Positions 21,526 through 34,168 of a DNA stretch of 64,000 nt are shown here, one piece after another. Source of the stretch: an uncultured delta proteobacterium (lineage in GTDB: Bacteria; Desulfobacterota; Binatia; UBA9968); assembly GCA_963771465.1 (NCBI GenBank), contig CAVYTU010000015.1, forward strand, positions 512,001 to 576,000. The letters are read 5' to 3'. Every line of letters starts with the position of its first letter. Positions within the stretch are counted from its first letter, which is position 1. A program made the position numbers and the translations under genes. The notes beneath the pieces were generated by a model that saw nothing but the letters and a program-made list of their open reading frames with translations, had not been told where the DNA came from and ran no database searches.

Positions 21526-23161
21526 CGGCCGGCCTCCCCGCAGGATAGGTAATTTCAGGCTCTACACTTTCATAGGCGTAGGCGTCGCACACAACCGTTG
21601 GCGTGACGGCAAAGTTATTTGTCGGTGGCGGCGATGGAGTTTGCCATTCCAACCCGCGCGCCTTCCAAGGATTCATTCCCGCGATCGCGCCGTAGCGCAA
21701 AGACCAAATCAGATAAGCCAGCGGCAGCACGTAGCCGACCCCGAGAATCGATGCACCGGCGGTGGACAACACATTGAGTACCTGAAACTCCGGTGGATAG
21801 ACGTGATAGCGACGCGGCATGCCGAGATAACCGAGTACGAACTGTGGGAAAAAGGTCAGGTTGAAGCCGAGAAAAATAATTACCGCCGCCAACCGCGCTA
21901 GCCGTTCAGGATATTTTCTCCCGGTCATCTTGGGCCACCAGAAATGGACTCCGCCTAGATACGCCATGACCGCGCTACCGACCATGATGTAATGAAAATG
22001 GGCGATCACGAAGTAGGTGTCATGCACATGAACGTCCACGCCCAACGTCGCTAGAAAAAGGCCCGTCAATCCGCCGATGGTAAACAGTCCGATGAATCCC
22101 AGCGCATAGAGCATCGGCGCGTCGAGCGAGATCGAGCCTTTGTATAGCGTCGCCGTCCAATTAAAAACTTTCACGGCCGAGGGGATCGCCACCAACATGC
22201 TGAGGAGAGAGAAAATCATACTGGCATAGACCGACTGCCCGCTGACGAACATATGATGCCCCCAGACCAGAAAGCCCAGCACCGCGATCGCCAGGCTGGA
22301 GAAGGCGACAAAGTCGTAGCCGAAAATTCGCTTGCGGGAAAAACAAGTAATCAACTCGCTGATAACCCCCATCCCCGGCAGGATCATAATGTAGACCGCC
22401 GGATGGGAGTAAAACCAAAAAAGATGTTGGAACAATAATGGATCGCCGCCCAGTTCGGGATTGAAAATCCCCAGGCCAAAAAGCCGCTCCAGAGCTACCA
22501 ACGCAAGCGTGATGGCGATGACCGGAGTGCCTAAGATAAAAATGATGCTGGTGGCATAATGCGCCCAAACGAACAATGGCATCCGGAACCAGGTCATGCC
22601 CGGCGCGCGCATGGTGTGAATCGTTACGATAAAGTTGAGGCCGGTAAGAATCGATGAAAATCCGGTGATGAAGATGCCAACGACGGTGAGCGCAACATGG
22701 GTATTGGAATAAATGCTGCTGTACGGTGTGTAAAAAGTCCAGCCGGTGTCGACGCCGCCCGCCGCCGCCGCGGTCAGCGTAAAGAGACCGCCGAGAACGT
22801 AAATATACCAGCTCGCCAGATTGAGGCGCGGAAACGCCAAGTCCCGCGCCCCAATCATGATCGGAATCAAAAAATTGCCCAACACCGCCGGAATCGACGG
22901 AATGAGAAAAAAGAAAATCATCGTGACGCCGTGCATGGTGAATAATTTGTTATAAGTTTCCGCCTGCACTAAGTCGCCCTGCGGCGTCAGCAATTCCAAA
23001 CGGATCAACATCGCAAACAGCCCACCGATGAAAAAGAAAAAAGTTACGGACAGCAAATACAGCCAGGCGATGCGTTTGTGGTCGGTCGTGAGCAGCCACG
23101 ACTTGAGACCGTAATTGACGTTCAAATAGTGCGGTCGCCGCTCCGCCGTTGCTTCACTCAT
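21518..23161 (-). CDS. ctaD: Cytochrome c oxidase subunit I (type A2)
   Basis: [22 protein letters not shown] (YS, A2 type), VWGHH, AHFHY, GMPRRY. Confidence 0.95.
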   Translation of the reverse strand: MSEATAERRPHYLNVNYGLKSWLLTTDHKRIAWLYLLSVTFFFFIGGLFAMLIRLELLTPQGDLVQAETYNKLFTMHGVTMIFFFLIPSIPAVLGNFLIPIMIGARDLAFPRLNLASWYIYVLGGLFTLTAAAAGGVDTGWTFYTPYSSIYSNTHVALTVVGIFITGFSSILTGLNFIVTIHTMRAPGMTWFRMPLFVWAHYATSIIFILGTPVIAITLALVALERLFGLGIFNPELGGDPLLFQHLFWFYSHPAVYIMILPGMGVISELITCFSRKRIFGYDFVAFSSLAIAVLGFLVWGHHMFVSGQSVYASMIFSLLSMLVAIPSAVKVFNWTATLYKGSISLDAPMLYALGFIGLFTIGGLTGLFLATLGVDVHVHDTYFVIAHFHYIMVGSAVMAYLGGVHFWWPKMTGRKYPERLARLAAVIIFLGFNLTFFPQFVLGYLGMPRRYHVYPPEFQVLNVLSTAGASILGVGYVLPLAYLIWSLRYGAIAGMNPWKARGLEWQTPSPPPTNNFAVTPTVVCDAYAYESVEPEITYPAGRPADV

Positions 23162-24114
23162 TGTGTTCCTTGCCTCCTTTCTTCCCGCTTGAGAGATTTG
23201 ACGTAGGCAAGGATCTGGGTGATGCCGTCCTCGCTGATTAGCCCCTTGAAGGTCGGCATGATCGGTGCAAAGCCGGCGACGATTTTGGCTTGCGGATTGA
23301 GGATCGATTCGCGGACGTAGTCTTCGTCCGCGGTCACCGACCGCCCGCCGTGCAGCGCCACCTGCTTGCCGATCAAGCCGACGAGAGACGGGCCGCGGCC
23401 GGAGTCGTTGGCCTGGTGACATGCGACGCAACCTAATCTTTGAAAAAGTTTTTCACCGGCGCCAGCCATCGACACGTTAGCGGCGCCACCACCGAGCCAA
23501 GTGGCAAACGCCGCCGGCGCCATGACGATAATCCGGCCGACCATGCCGGAGTGCTGCGTGCCGCAATACTGCGAGCAAAACAATTGAAAGGAACCCGGTT
23601 TGGTCGCTTCGAACCAGACCGTCGTGTAGCGTCCCGGCAGCACGTCCTTCTTGACTCGGAATGCCGGCACAAAAAAATCGTGAATGACATCTTGCGAAGT
23701 CATCACCAGTTTGATCGGCCGCCCTGCCGGGATATGCAATTCATCGATTTCAGACTGTCCTCCGGGATGCTGAACTTTCCACATCCACTGCTTGGCGATA
23801 ATGGTGATCTCCAGCGCATCGCTGGGCGGGTAATTCATCTCAAAAAACAGCCTGGCGCCCCAGACAAACATGACCATGGTCAGTGCCAGTGGAATCGTCG
23901 TCCACAAGATCTCCAGCCGCAAATCGCCCGGAATCGCTTGTGGCCTTTCATCGTCCTGGCGCCTTCGGTATTTGACCGCGAAGGCGACGATGAGGACACA
24001 GATCAAAGTCGCGAAGCACACGCTGACGGCGACGAGAAAAAAGAATAGCTCGTCGACGCGGCCCGCCATGGTTGACGCCTGCTCCGGAAATAGCGGGAAA
24101 CCCAACGTCGACAT
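23158..24114 (-). CDS. ctaC: Cytochrome c oxidase subunit II with fused cytochrome c (caa3)
   Basis: DVIHDF, CuA motif [12 protein letters not shown], heme motif CVACH. Confidence 0.93.
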   Translation of the reverse strand: MSTLGFPLFPEQASTMAGRVDELFFFLVAVSVCFATLICVLIVAFAVKYRRRQDDERPQAIPGDLRLEILWTTIPLALTMVMFVWGARLFFEMNYPPSDALEITIIAKQWMWKVQHPGGQSEIDELHIPAGRPIKLVMTSQDVIHDFFVPAFRVKKDVLPGRYTTVWFEATKPGSFQLFCSQYCGTQHSGMVGRIIVMAPAAFATWLGGGAANVSMAGAGEKLFQRLGCVACHQANDSGRGPSLVGLIGKQVALHGGRSVTADEDYVRESILNPQAKIVAGFAPIMPTFKGLISEDGITQILAYVKSLKREERRQGTQ

Positions 24115-24119
24115 GACCG

Positions 24120-24959
24120 CTACGTCGCTCCCCTGCCCACCGACGCGTGTATGCGCTCGCGCCGCAGCATCGCGAAGATGAATCCACCCAGAGCTAGAAC
24201 CGTGACACCACCGGCGAGCTTGATCACATTGGTGACCAGGAGCCCGTATTTTCCTGTGATGGGATCGTAGTGATAACAAAACAGCAGCAGTTGATCGATC
24301 GGCGAGCCGATCTTACCCGTGGCGGCTTCGATGAGTCCCAAACGCAAATCCCGCGGCGAAAACTCGATACCGTAAAAATAGCGTGCGGTCCTGCCGTCGG
24401 GCGTCAGCAGCACAATCCCGGTGGCGTGAGCGAACGCGCCGGTCTGAGGATCGTAATGGTGGCGAAAGCCGACGGCGCGGCTGAGTCTTTCGATGTTGGC
24501 TTCGTCGCCGGTAAGAAAATGCCAGCCGGATTTCGCCCCAGACCTGGCGTAGCGTTGGACAAAATCCTGCTTCTTAGCCGCCGCCGATGGAGTGTCGTCA
24601 CGAGGGTCGAAACTCACGGTTAAAACATCAAACTGGTTGCCGATCTCGAAAGCGAGGGCGCGCATCGTGCGGACCATGCCGTCCAAAAGCAACGGGCAAA
24701 GGTCGCGGCACTTGTAGTAAACAAAGTTTAGAATAACCGGCTTGCGGCCGAAGTAGCGGTTTATCCCGACAGCCGCACCCGTTTCATCGCGAAACTTGAG
24801 ATCGAGAGGAATTTGCTGGTCCAATTTTTGGTCAAAAGCCACGTCGCGCAACGCCGCCGGTCGGCTGGAATCGTGCGCACCGGAGACGCCGGCCAGTGTC
24901 ACCACGAAGGCCCACGTTAATCCCATGGCTCGCAACCATTTAGCAAATTTAGTCTGCAT
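24120..24959 (-). CDS. SCO-family copper chaperone
   Basis: YYKCRDLC (CxxxC), VSFDP, WHFLTG, FAHA. Confidence 0.88.
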   Translation of the reverse strand: MQTKFAKWLRAMGLTWAFVVTLAGVSGAHDSSRPAALRDVAFDQKLDQQIPLDLKFRDETGAAVGINRYFGRKPVILNFVYYKCRDLCPLLLDGMVRTMRALAFEIGNQFDVLTVSFDPRDDTPSAAAKKQDFVQRYARSGAKSGWHFLTGDEANIERLSRAVGFRHHYDPQTGAFAHATGIVLLTPDGRTARYFYGIEFSPRDLRLGLIEAATGKIGSPIDQLLLFCYHYDPITGKYGLLVTNVIKLAGGVTVLALGGFIFAMLRRERIHASVGRGAT

Positions 24960-25024
24960 CGAATTCCCAGTCTATGGGCGTTGAAGACAGCGGCAATGCG
25001 CCGACTCGTTCATGTCCAATGGCG

Positions 25025-25474
25025 TCAGCGTATCTTTGTCCCCGTTCGTCGTGGCGGCTGTTTCTCAGCAGCCGCCTTCTCACTCTTTTCCGTTCGCACC
25101 GGTAGTCCTCTGTCGGCGAGAATCTCGATGGCGCGCTCGATCGGAATCCGCACAACGCCATGGTCTCGATCGACCCAGTCGTAGCTAGATAGAATTTTGT
25201 TTTCCTCCGCCCGCATTGCGCTCAATTCGTCACCTGGCCTTTGGGACAATCGCGGCGCCGCCGTCGGCTCACGGCTATAGGACAGCGGGCTTGGCACCGG
25301 CCTTGTTTTGGTTATGCTGGTGTTGAAAAACCCGAATAACCCGTAGGCCGCGACCGCCACCGCGGCTATTATCGCGGCCAGCGCCGCGCCGAACAGCGCG
25401 ATGTTCTTGGGCTGTATATCGCTCAGCTCGTGGCCCGGTGCATCACCGCTGGCCGAAATGTTTTGCTCAGCCAT
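25025..25474 (-). CDS. Alternative complex III small membrane subunit (ActG-like)
   Basis: GHELSD, one TM helix, PRL...YDWVD...GVVRIPIERAI; position after actF. Confidence 0.65.
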   Translation of the reverse strand: MAEQNISASGDAPGHELSDIQPKNIALFGAALAAIIAAVAVAAYGLFGFFNTSITKTRPVPSPLSYSREPTAAPRLSQRPGDELSAMRAEENKILSSYDWVDRDHGVVRIPIERAIEILADRGLPVRTEKSEKAAAEKQPPRRTGTKIR

Positions 25475-26661
25475 TTTGCGCCAATCCATGTTCTTCGACG
25501 ATAGCGATGAAACGGGGATCGCGGAGCGGCAATAACGGCAGCGTTTTCATTTGCGCTAAGAACGCCGCCAACCAAATGCCGCCCACTCCTATGGGTGCCA
25601 AGAAACGTCAACCCATGAATCGCGAAGCCGTCAGGATGAAATGTCGGCGCGACGAACCAAAACAACTCGATCTGGTGCATGAGCGCAATGCTGAGCGCGA
25701 CGGCGCATAGCGTCGCCGCTTTACGCTTCACCGTTCGCGACAACAGCAAAATAAGCGGCAGGGCGAATTGTAGCGCAATCAGCAGCACTGCGATCACGCC
25801 CCAGCCGCCGTTCGCTCGATGGAGATACCAGGGAATTTCATGTTGGAGATTTTCAACCCAGATGATCAGAAACTGCGAGAAGGACAGGTAGGCCCACAAC
25901 ATTACGAAGGCCAACAGCAGGTTGCCCAAGTCGTTAAACACCCAGGGCGCCAGGATGCGCGAGAACGGCTCACGGCGCGAGAGAAAATAACTCACACTGA
26001 TAATGAAAGCCAAAGCGACCAAGCCGTGACCGACCATGAAGATCATGCCGAAAATCGTTGAATACCAGCGGGGCTCCAGCGACATTAACCAATCGATGGC
26101 GGAAAATGTCACAGTCAGCCCGTACAAGACTAGTCCGGGACCGCTCAGCGTCTGCAGCCGTTGTGTCAACGCCGGATCGCCCGTGCGGTCCTGTTCTTTC
26201 GACCAACGAGAGAGGAGAAAGCCGAGAACGATCCAGATCGCGAAATAAACTGCCGCGCGCGCGATAAAGGCCGGAATATTAAGGTACGCGGCTTTTTGCT
26301 GCAGGATCGGATCGCGCGCGACAACCTCCGGCTGCGCCCATAAAAATAACTCAGGGACGCCGAATAAAAGCGGCACGAAGAGCAATGCCATAACGGGAAA
26401 GGTCCTGATCGACGCCTCCAGCGAGCGCTGGATGACAAATCCCCAAGTTCCGCCGACCAGGTGATGAATCATCAAGATGGCCAAACAACCGAGCGGGATG
26501 CCGAGCCAAAACACATACGCAATCAGGTACGACCGAAAGAATTGTTGGCGGTCGAGAAAGGCCCCGACCAAACAAAGCAGCAGCGCGGCGCCGCCGATGG
26601 CGCCGGATTTTCGTACCGTCGGTTCCAGTTCACGGGTCAGTTGGGTAGCCAAGTCGCTCAT
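25467..26661 (-). CDS. actF: Alternative complex III subunit ActF; frameshift near 25600
   Basis: Polytopic; DWLMSLEPRWYSTIFG, DLGNLLLAF...WAYLSFSQFLIIW. Confidence 0.85.
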
Positions 26662-27257
26662 GGTTTTTTCTCGAGAATCGCGCGACGTTCCGGCTCCGGC
26701 ACATCGCCGACCGCTGCGTTCTGACTCAGCTGCAAGGCGCGGATGTACGCGACGATCATCCAACGGTCGCGCACCGAAATCTCCGCCGCATAGTCCGGCA
26801 TGACACCGAACCCATGTGACATGACATCGAAGAAATGGCCCGGCGGCGCAGCGCGCAAGCGATCGATGTGCAATGACGGCGGCAGCCGATAACCACGCCG
26901 CACGATCATGCCTTGTCCCATGCCGACTCGGTCGTGACACGGCGAGCAAAAAATATCGTAACGCTCCTGGCCGCGCCGCAGGACCTGGCGATCGATCGGA
27001 AATGGAAAGGCGGTGACCGGCTTGCCATCGCTCTTGCCAGTGCGGAACGGCTCGTCGCCTTCCAGTTGGCCGCGCGCGACTGTGCCTTCGACGAGCGGAC
27101 GCGAGGCGCGCTCATCGTCGAACAAACTGCTCTTCTGCAACGGTTCGTAGCGCGGTTGATCGGCCATTTTTTGCTGGCACGAGAGCAAGCAAAAGCAGGC
27201 AATCCACCTGCACCACCGCTGCCGAATATTTGTCACGTTTGGTTTCATCCTCGTCAC
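26658..27257 (-). CDS. actE: Alternative complex III monoheme cytochrome c lipoprotein ActE
   Basis: Lipobox LLSC, MADQPRY, CSPCH, GVMP, DRW.IVAYIRALQ. Confidence 0.88.
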   Translation of the reverse strand: MTRMKPNVTNIRQRWCRWIACFCLLSCQQKMADQPRYEPLQKSSLFDDERASRPLVEGTVARGQLEGDEPFRTGKSDGKPVTAFPFPIDRQVLRRGQERYDIFCSPCHDRVGMGQGMIVRRGYRLPPSLHIDRLRAAPPGHFFDVMSHGFGVMPDYAAEISVRDRWMIVAYIRALQLSQNAAVGDVPEPERRAILEKKP

Positions 27258-27814
27258 GGCTCGACTTCGTAGACGCCTTGGGCACCGACCGAGGCGAAGA
27301 AGCGGCTCACGCTTTCCGGCTCAAACTTGGGATCGCTCGCTTCGATGCAAAGAAAAAAGCGGCTGCTGCTCGCCAAGGCAAATCGTTCGACGTTAAAAAC
27401 CGGATGATAGGGCATCGGTAAGCCATTGAGCGCTAACACGCCGAAAACCGCCGCCAACGCCGCAACGAGAATGGTCATCTCGAATGTCACTGGAATGAAA
27501 GCGGGCCAACTATTCAAGGGCCGGCCGCCGATGTTGATCGGATAATCGATGACCGCCACCCAATATTGCAGGAAGAAGCCGCCGAGGCAGCCGAGGATAC
27601 CGCCCACCAGGACGATTAAGGGCACTCGCGAACCGTGAATCCCGAGGGCTTCAGCTAAACCTTCCACCGGGAAAGGCGAATAGCCATCCATGCGGCGGAA
27701 GCCTTGGGCAAATGCTCCGCGCGCCGCGGCGAGCAGCGCTTCCGGACTGTCGAACTCGCCCATCAGGCCGTAGAGAGAAGAATTATTCATCGAAGCGCTC
27801 GCGTTCGTGCTCAT
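27254..27814 (-). CDS. actD: Alternative complex III subunit ActD (DUF3341)
   Basis: YSPFPVEGL, YPINIGGRP, FIPVTFE. Confidence 0.88.
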   Translation of the reverse strand: MSTNASASMNNSSLYGLMGEFDSPEALLAAARGAFAQGFRRMDGYSPFPVEGLAEALGIHGSRVPLIVLVGGILGCLGGFFLQYWVAVIDYPINIGGRPLNSWPAFIPVTFEMTILVAALAAVFGVLALNGLPMPYHPVFNVERFALASSSRFFLCIEASDPKFEPESVSRFFASVGAQGVYEVEP

Positions 27815-27819
27815 CTTCT

Positions 27820-29205
27820 TTACTCGCTCCGGGTTTCTTCTTCGTGAACCAATTCGCGCATCTCAAAAATCGAAATCATCGGCAACACCCGTATGAAAAG
27901 AAACAAAAGAGCGACGAAGAGACCCAGGGTGCCCGCGAATACGCCGTAATCGAAGATCGTGCCCGAATACATTCCCCAAGCCGAAGGCATATGATCACGG
28001 TGCAAACTGACAACGACAATGACGTAGCGCTCCAGCCACATGCCGATGTTCACTGAGATGGCAATGACAAAGAGCGCCATCACGTTGGTCTGCAAGGAGC
28101 GAAACCACAGCGCCTGTGGAATCAAAATATTGAAAAGAATAAGCAGCCAGTACATCCAGCCGTAGGGACCGAACATGCGGTTCATCATCATATACTTTTC
28201 AAAAATATCGCCGCTGTACCAAGCCATGAAGGTTTCCATCAGATAGCCATAGGCGACGATCATGCCGGTGGCGAGCATGACCATGCCCATGTTTTTCAGA
28301 TGGCGCATGGTGATCAAGTCTTCGAGCTTGTAGAGTCGGCGCAGCGGAATCGCAATCGTCAGAACCATGGCAAAGCCGGAATAGATTGCCCCGGCGACGA
28401 AATAAGGTGGGAAAATAGTCGAGTGCCAGCCCGGCACCAGCGCCACGGCAAAATCGAAACTGACAACCGTGTGAACGGAAATCACCAGCGGCGTTGCCAG
28501 GCCTGCAAGAAGCAAATAAGCCATCTCGTAGCGGTGCCAGTGCAGCGCCGAACCGCGCCAACCCATCGCCAGCATGCCGTAAATGAAACGCGGGATCCGA
28601 CGGCGCGCCCGGTCGCGCAGCGTGGCGAGGTCGGGAATCAGACCGAGGAACCAAAACAACAACGAGACGGTAAAGTAGGTGGATACCGCAAAGACGTCCC
28701 AAACCAAGGGGCTGCGAAACTGCGGCTGTAGCGCCATGGTGTTCGGATAGGGCAGCAGCCAATAAAAAAACCACGGGCGTCCCAAGTGTATCAGCGGATA
28801 CAATCCAGCGCAGGCGACTGCGAACAGGGTCATCGCTTCGGCGAAACGGTTGATCGACTGGCGCCACTGTCTGCCGCAGCAACAACAGAATCGCGGAGAT
28901 CAGGGTTCCGGCGTGACCAATGCCGATCCACCACACGAAATTAACGATATCGAATCCCCATGCCACCGGGATCATGATGCCGAACAGACCGACGCCGACG
29001 GTAATCACCGCCGCGATGACAAAACAAAAGCACCAACACAAGCATGAAAGAGATCCCGAAACCGACGTACCAAAACTGCGGTGTACGGCCGGGTGAGAAC
29101 GATGGCACTGATCTTGTCGGTGATCGAACCGAAAGTATGCCCCGGCTCGATGACCGGCAAAGAGGCGCCCGTTTCGGCGGATTGATTCTGTGAGTTGGGC
29201 TCCAT
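27820..29205 (-). CDS. actC: Alternative complex III subunit ActC (NrfD family); frameshifted
   Basis: [67 protein letters not shown]. Confidence 0.9.
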
Positions 29206-29209
29206 TCGA

Positions 29210-32200
29210 TTAGCTCTCGTCGAGCTCCGGATTGGGATTTTTGAGCTTCGCCTGATAGGTGGTTCGCGGCTTGGTGTTCAATTCGGTCAGTAGTCCATAG
29301 TTGAGTGGCTGCGCTTTCAACTTGGCAACGCGACTTTCGCGGTTCATTGATATCGCCAAAGACGATCGCCTGGGTCGGACAGGCTTGCTGGCAAGCCGTG
29401 ACGATTTCGCCGTCGCGCAGCTCGCGGTTTTCTTTTTCGGCGCCGATCTTCGCCTGATTGATGCGCTGCACACAGTAGGTGCATTTTTCCATGACGCCGC
29501 GGGAGCGTACGGTGACGTCAGGATTGCGCGACAGCTTCACGCTCTCGGTCGTGAAATCGCTGTACAGGAAAAAATTGAAGCGGCGGACTTTGTAGGGACA
29601 ATTGTTAGAACAATAGCGGGTGCCGACACAGCGATTGTACACCATGTCGTTCAGCCCTTCCTCGCTATGAGCGGTCGCGCCGACGGGACAAACCAACTCG
29701 CAAGGCGCGTTCTCGCATTGCATGCAGGGCACCGGCTGATGATAGGTTTCCGGATTGTTTAGCTCGCCTTTGAAATAGCGATCGATCCGAATCCAGTGCA
29801 TCTCGCGACCCCGCAAGACTTCTTTCTTGCCCACCACCGGACCGTTGTTTTCGGCCTCACAGGCGACCACGCAGGCATTGCAACCGATGCAGGCGTTAAC
29901 ATCGATGGACATGCCCCACGCATGGTCGTCGTATTTGAAACCCGGATAGAGACTGCGCGGCGCTTCCCGTTCGCCGTCCATGGCGTGGATAAAATCAGGA
30001 TTCTTGCGGTATTCGCTCAATCGTGCCGGCGCGCACCAGCTGACGACCTTCCATCAAATGATGGAACTGTGTGCAGGCGAGCGGATAAGTATCGCCGGCT
30101 TTCCGGAGGCGCAACCCGGCGCCTTGCAAACCCGTCGATGACGTCAAGAGCGCAAACGCATTGAAGCCAACATGGCTCCCCACTTTGCCGGCCCGGGTGC
30201 GTCCATAGCCCAAATCGAGCGTAACGCAGTTGTCGGCATGACCCGGCAATATCCACGCGGGTCCGCGCAGTGTGCGTCCCTGAAAACTCATTTCAACGAC
30301 GTCCGCATGGATTGTGCCGTGCTCGCCGCCGGTGGTACCGACGCGATAGGAAATGCCGAACTTCGCCGCGGTTGCCGGACTCATCACGACGGCGTTATCC
30401 CAGGTCAGCTTGGTGAGTGGCTTGGGTAACTCTTGCAGCCATCCGTTGTTGGCAAATTGGCCGTCGAGAATAGTCGAATCGCAGCGAAAAACGATTTCCA
30501 GAGATCCTTCCGAGCCGGCCGCCGAGCTCTTGGCGCCGGCCGTGGAATTTGAAATCTTGGAGTCAAAGCTGCCAACCGCTTGGACTCGCACCGGCTTTGT
30601 CGCAAATGCCGTGCTGGCGACCACGCCGTCATGCAACCAGCGGCGCCACGAGGCGTCAAAATCGTTGCCACGGTGTTGGAGCCGCCAGTATTCGCGCACA
30701 AGGTCATAGCTTGAGCGTCCCGGATCGCCGGCGACGGCGCCGAGAACTTCATGGGCCGTGCGCCCTCCGTAGAGCGGCGCGATCAAAGGTTGCAGGATCG
30801 TCGCCGTACCATCGAAGGCGCGCACATCGCTCCAGGATTCCAGATAGTGCGCTTGCGGGATATGCCAATGGGACAATGCCGAAGTTTCATCATCGTATAA
30901 CGACAGATGGACGTTAAAGTTCGATTTCACCAAATGGCCCGCGAAATCGAGATCGGCAGGCGCGCTATACGCGGGATTGCCGCCCAACATGATCAGGACT
31001 TGGACCGCGTTGGCTTCCATATCGCGCACCAGATCGCGCAGTGAATCGACTTGCTGGATCGGATTGGCCGCCACCGGTTCTATATGGTTGACGGTCGCGC
31101 CATGGTTGCCCAAAACGTGATTGATCGCGTGAACCAAGGCGTGAACCATGGCCGGCTGCTGATCCCCAGCTACAACGATGACTGCGGCCGCGATGACTTT
31201 GCAGATCACGGATCAAAGCGCGCAGCCATTTTTCTTGCTGCTTAAAAGTTCCCGGATCTCCGCCGGCGACTTGCAAACCTAAACCGATCGCCAGCTGCTT
31301 CGTGAACGACTCGATGGCGCTCGGACTCAGGGCGAATCGGTGATCCGCCATCGCTCCGGTGACGCTCGGCGTGGTTTCCACAACGTAGAGTCGATTCATT
31401 TCGGCGCCGGGTCCGTTGACCCGACGCTTGCCGGCAAAATCATGGGCGTAACGCACACTGGCGGGACCGTAAAATAAGAAATCCGCGCCGATGGACAAGA
31501 CTACGTCTGCGGCATCGAATCGATAAACGGTATCCACCACCTCAGTGAATGCCAGACGCGAGCCTTGACGCACGTTGTCGCTCCCGGCTGGTTGATATTG
31601 ATGCCACTTGGCTTGGGGAAATTTGCCTAGGAGATTCTTGATTTGCTGTGCCAAAGTCGGCGACGTCACGGCTTCGGTTAGGATTCGCAAGCCTGCGCCT
31701 CGGCTCAGTCGTTGCGCTTCGAGTTCGACGTTCAAGGCGGCAAAGAAGGCGTTCCACGTGCTGATGCGACCGGCGTTGTTGATCGCGTGGGAGCGATCCG
31801 GATCGTAGAGGCCGAGCACGGAAGCCTGGGTGAACGCGTCCGTCGCGCCGAGACTCGCCGGATGCTCCGGATTCCCCTCGACCTTGGTCGGACGGCCCAT
31901 ATGACTCTCCGCCAAAACTCCACGGCCGTAACCCTGGAGCGGCATCGCCGTGGCAAAATACAGCGGTCGGCCGGGAATGATCTCTTCGGGTTGTCTGACG
32001 TAGGGAACAATTTTTTCGTCCGGCGGCGCCGGAGCCGAGCTCAAGCAACCGCTCACACCGGCAAGCGCCAACGACGCGCCCATCAACCGTAAAAAATCCC
32101 GCCGGTCCATGACTTCGGACCACGCCGCCGCATGGCGCGGCGCCTCGCGACTGACCAACGCTTTGAACTCCGCGCTGTCGGCGAGCTCTTCCAGACAGCG

Positions 32201-32260
32201 CCAATACTCCGGCCCGCGGGCGCCGGAAAGACGTTGGCGAATGGCATTCAGGTCGTCCAC
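29210..32260 (-). CDS. actB: Alternative complex III subunit ActB (molybdopterin-like plus Fe-S domains); frameshifted
   Basis: YWRCLEEL, Tat [70 protein letters not shown] (ORFs 30965-32260, 29995-31209, 28941-30020, 29210-29473). Confidence 0.92.
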
Positions 32261-32285
32261 TTTGTCACTCCCCTGTGTTGCCCAC

Positions 32286-32936
32286 TTAGCGATGGCAGGT
32301 CGAACAGCTCGTCAGTTTTCGGATTTGGTATTCCTTAACCAATTTCGCTCCCAGAGCGCTTTGATCTATCGGCGGCTGATACGCCATGTTGAAAACCTCG
32401 TGGCGCGGACGCACGAAGCGTTCCGGCGCACGATGACAGTCGAGACACCAATCCATGTAGAGAGTGTTTTCCCGCCACGTCAGCGGCATCCGGTCGACCC
32501 GACCGTGACAGGTCGAACATCCGACTCCCTTGTGAATGTGAATACTGTGATCGAAATAGACGAAACCGGGGAGATTATGCACGCGCGTCCATTGAATCGA
32601 CTGATCCGTGCGAAAACTTTCGCGCACCGGCTCAAGCACGGGACTGTCGGACCAGATCTGCGTATGGCAATTCATGCAGGTCTTGGTCGGCGGGATGCCC
32701 GCGAAAGAACTTTCTTCCACCGAAGTATGGCAGTAGCGGCAATCGATGCCGGCCTCGCCGACGTGATGTTTGTGGCTGAACGGGACAGGTTGACTGCGCG
32801 CGACGCCGACGTCGGTAATATAAGGCGACTCGTTGATCGTCGCGAGCGCCGCCACAAATGAGATGACGAGGATGGCGCCACCGAAGATGGTGACCCTAGA
32901 GATCGTGTTCGTGCTGCGATGAAAAATCTGAGCCAT
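32286..32936 (-). CDS. actA: Alternative complex III pentaheme cytochrome c ActA
   Basis: QPVPFSHKHH and five CxxCH motifs (CRYCH, CMNCH, CSTCH, CLDCH, CSTCH). Confidence 0.93.
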   Translation of the reverse strand: MAQIFHRSTNTISRVTIFGGAILVISFVAALATINESPYITDVGVARSQPVPFSHKHHVGEAGIDCRYCHTSVEESSFAGIPPTKTCMNCHTQIWSDSPVLEPVRESFRTDQSIQWTRVHNLPGFVYFDHSIHIHKGVGCSTCHGRVDRMPLTWRENTLYMDWCLDCHRAPERFVRPRHEVFNMAYQPPIDQSALGAKLVKEYQIRKLTSCSTCHR

Positions 32937-33070
32937 CAGACCTATGACCCAATGAAGCGGTGCGACCGCGCTATTCCGGATTACTTTTCGTCGAACCGAT
33001 GTAAGCCGACTCGATGACACACACCGGCGCAAAGATTTCGCTTAGCTGCTTACCACGTCGCGACTCAACC

Positions 33071-33085
33071 GCAAAAAATAGGCCA
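33071..33085 (-). promoter_or_regulatory. Sigma-54 promoter of the act-cta operon
   Basis: TGGCCTATTTTTTGC; UAS-like CGTACGGGAATTCCCTCCA at 33137-33155. Confidence 0.7.
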
Positions 33086-33437
33086 ATATTGCCATGCTAA
33101 AGGTACCTGGTTGCGAGCGAACTAATGAAGGTTACTTGGAGGGAATTCCCGTACGCGCTGGAAGAAATCGACTACCATCGCACAACCGTTACAATACGCA
33201 AATATCAAACATACGATCCCCGCCGGTCGCGCGTGCAGGCTCTATCGTGATTCTGCGAATGTTGATGCGCCGCCTGCGATCATCGCATCCTCAAGGGACA
33301 CGAGCCGGTCAACATCAGATTATTGAAACTCTAACGGAAGAATAATTTGTCCGGACTATGAGAATTTCTGCGCTCCCGCGACTAGTCATAATTTTTAATA
33401 TCGCGATTTTACACAAGTCCCTGGTCAAGTGGGTCAC

Positions 33438-33452
33438 TGGCATATCCGTTGC
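33438..33452 (+). promoter_or_regulatory. Sigma-54 promoter of CBS-ku-ligD
   Basis: TGGCATATCCGTTGC. Confidence 0.82.
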
Positions 33453-33557
33453 TTTATATTTTTTATTGATTGGCACATGCCAAAGGTTTACCGGACCCCT
33501 TGCAAGCGTGACTGGCGGAATTAATTTAACACACTATTTTTTTAAGGAGGGCCGAAC

Positions 33558-33989
33558 ATGGATCTGCGAGATGTGATGACCCGTAACGTTGAAGTTGTTA
33601 GCGGCAGCGCTTCGTTACAGGACGCCGCGATCAAGATGAAAAATCTGGATGTTGGTTTAATACCGGTATGCGACGGCGATCGGCTCAAAGGTCTCCTAAC
33701 GGACCGTGATATTACCATCAGAGCCACGGCTCATGGACGCAACCCGAAAGAAACTAAGGTCACTGAAGTGATGTCGACCGACATCGCCTATTGCTTGGAA
33801 GATCAAGAAGTCGAAGAAGCGGTTAGCCTCATGGAAGCGCGGCAAATTCGCCGACTGCCGATCCTGAACCACGACAAGCGATTAGTCGGCATTGTCAGTC
33901 TAGCCGATATCGCAATTCATGTCGGCGACCGCGATCTGTCAGGGGAAACTTTGGAGGAGATCTCGGCGCCGGCGGAGCCGAAGCGCTAG
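33558..33989 (+). CDS. CBS-pair protein (YhcV/Hrp1-like)
   Basis: DVMT, GLLTDRDITIR, QIRRLPI, LVGIVSLAD. Confidence 0.92.
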   Translation: MDLRDVMTRNVEVVSGSASLQDAAIKMKNLDVGLIPVCDGDRLKGLLTDRDITIRATAHGRNPKETKVTEVMSTDIAYCLEDQEVEEAVSLMEARQIRRLPILNHDKRLVGIVSLADIAIHVGDRDLSGETLEEISAPAEPKR

Positions 33990-34168
33990 GTCAACTTGAT
34001 ATGGCTCGACGACCACGGACTAGACGAAAACGGCAATCTCAGGGAGCGCCAGCAGACCGAGATTTGCGAGGGCAAGCGGTGAAAGTAAGACCTCGGCGGG
34101 ACTCCACTTGCACGACTAAAAACGCAAAACCCCGAACCGGAGGTCCGGACGGATTGGTGAGATTAAGT

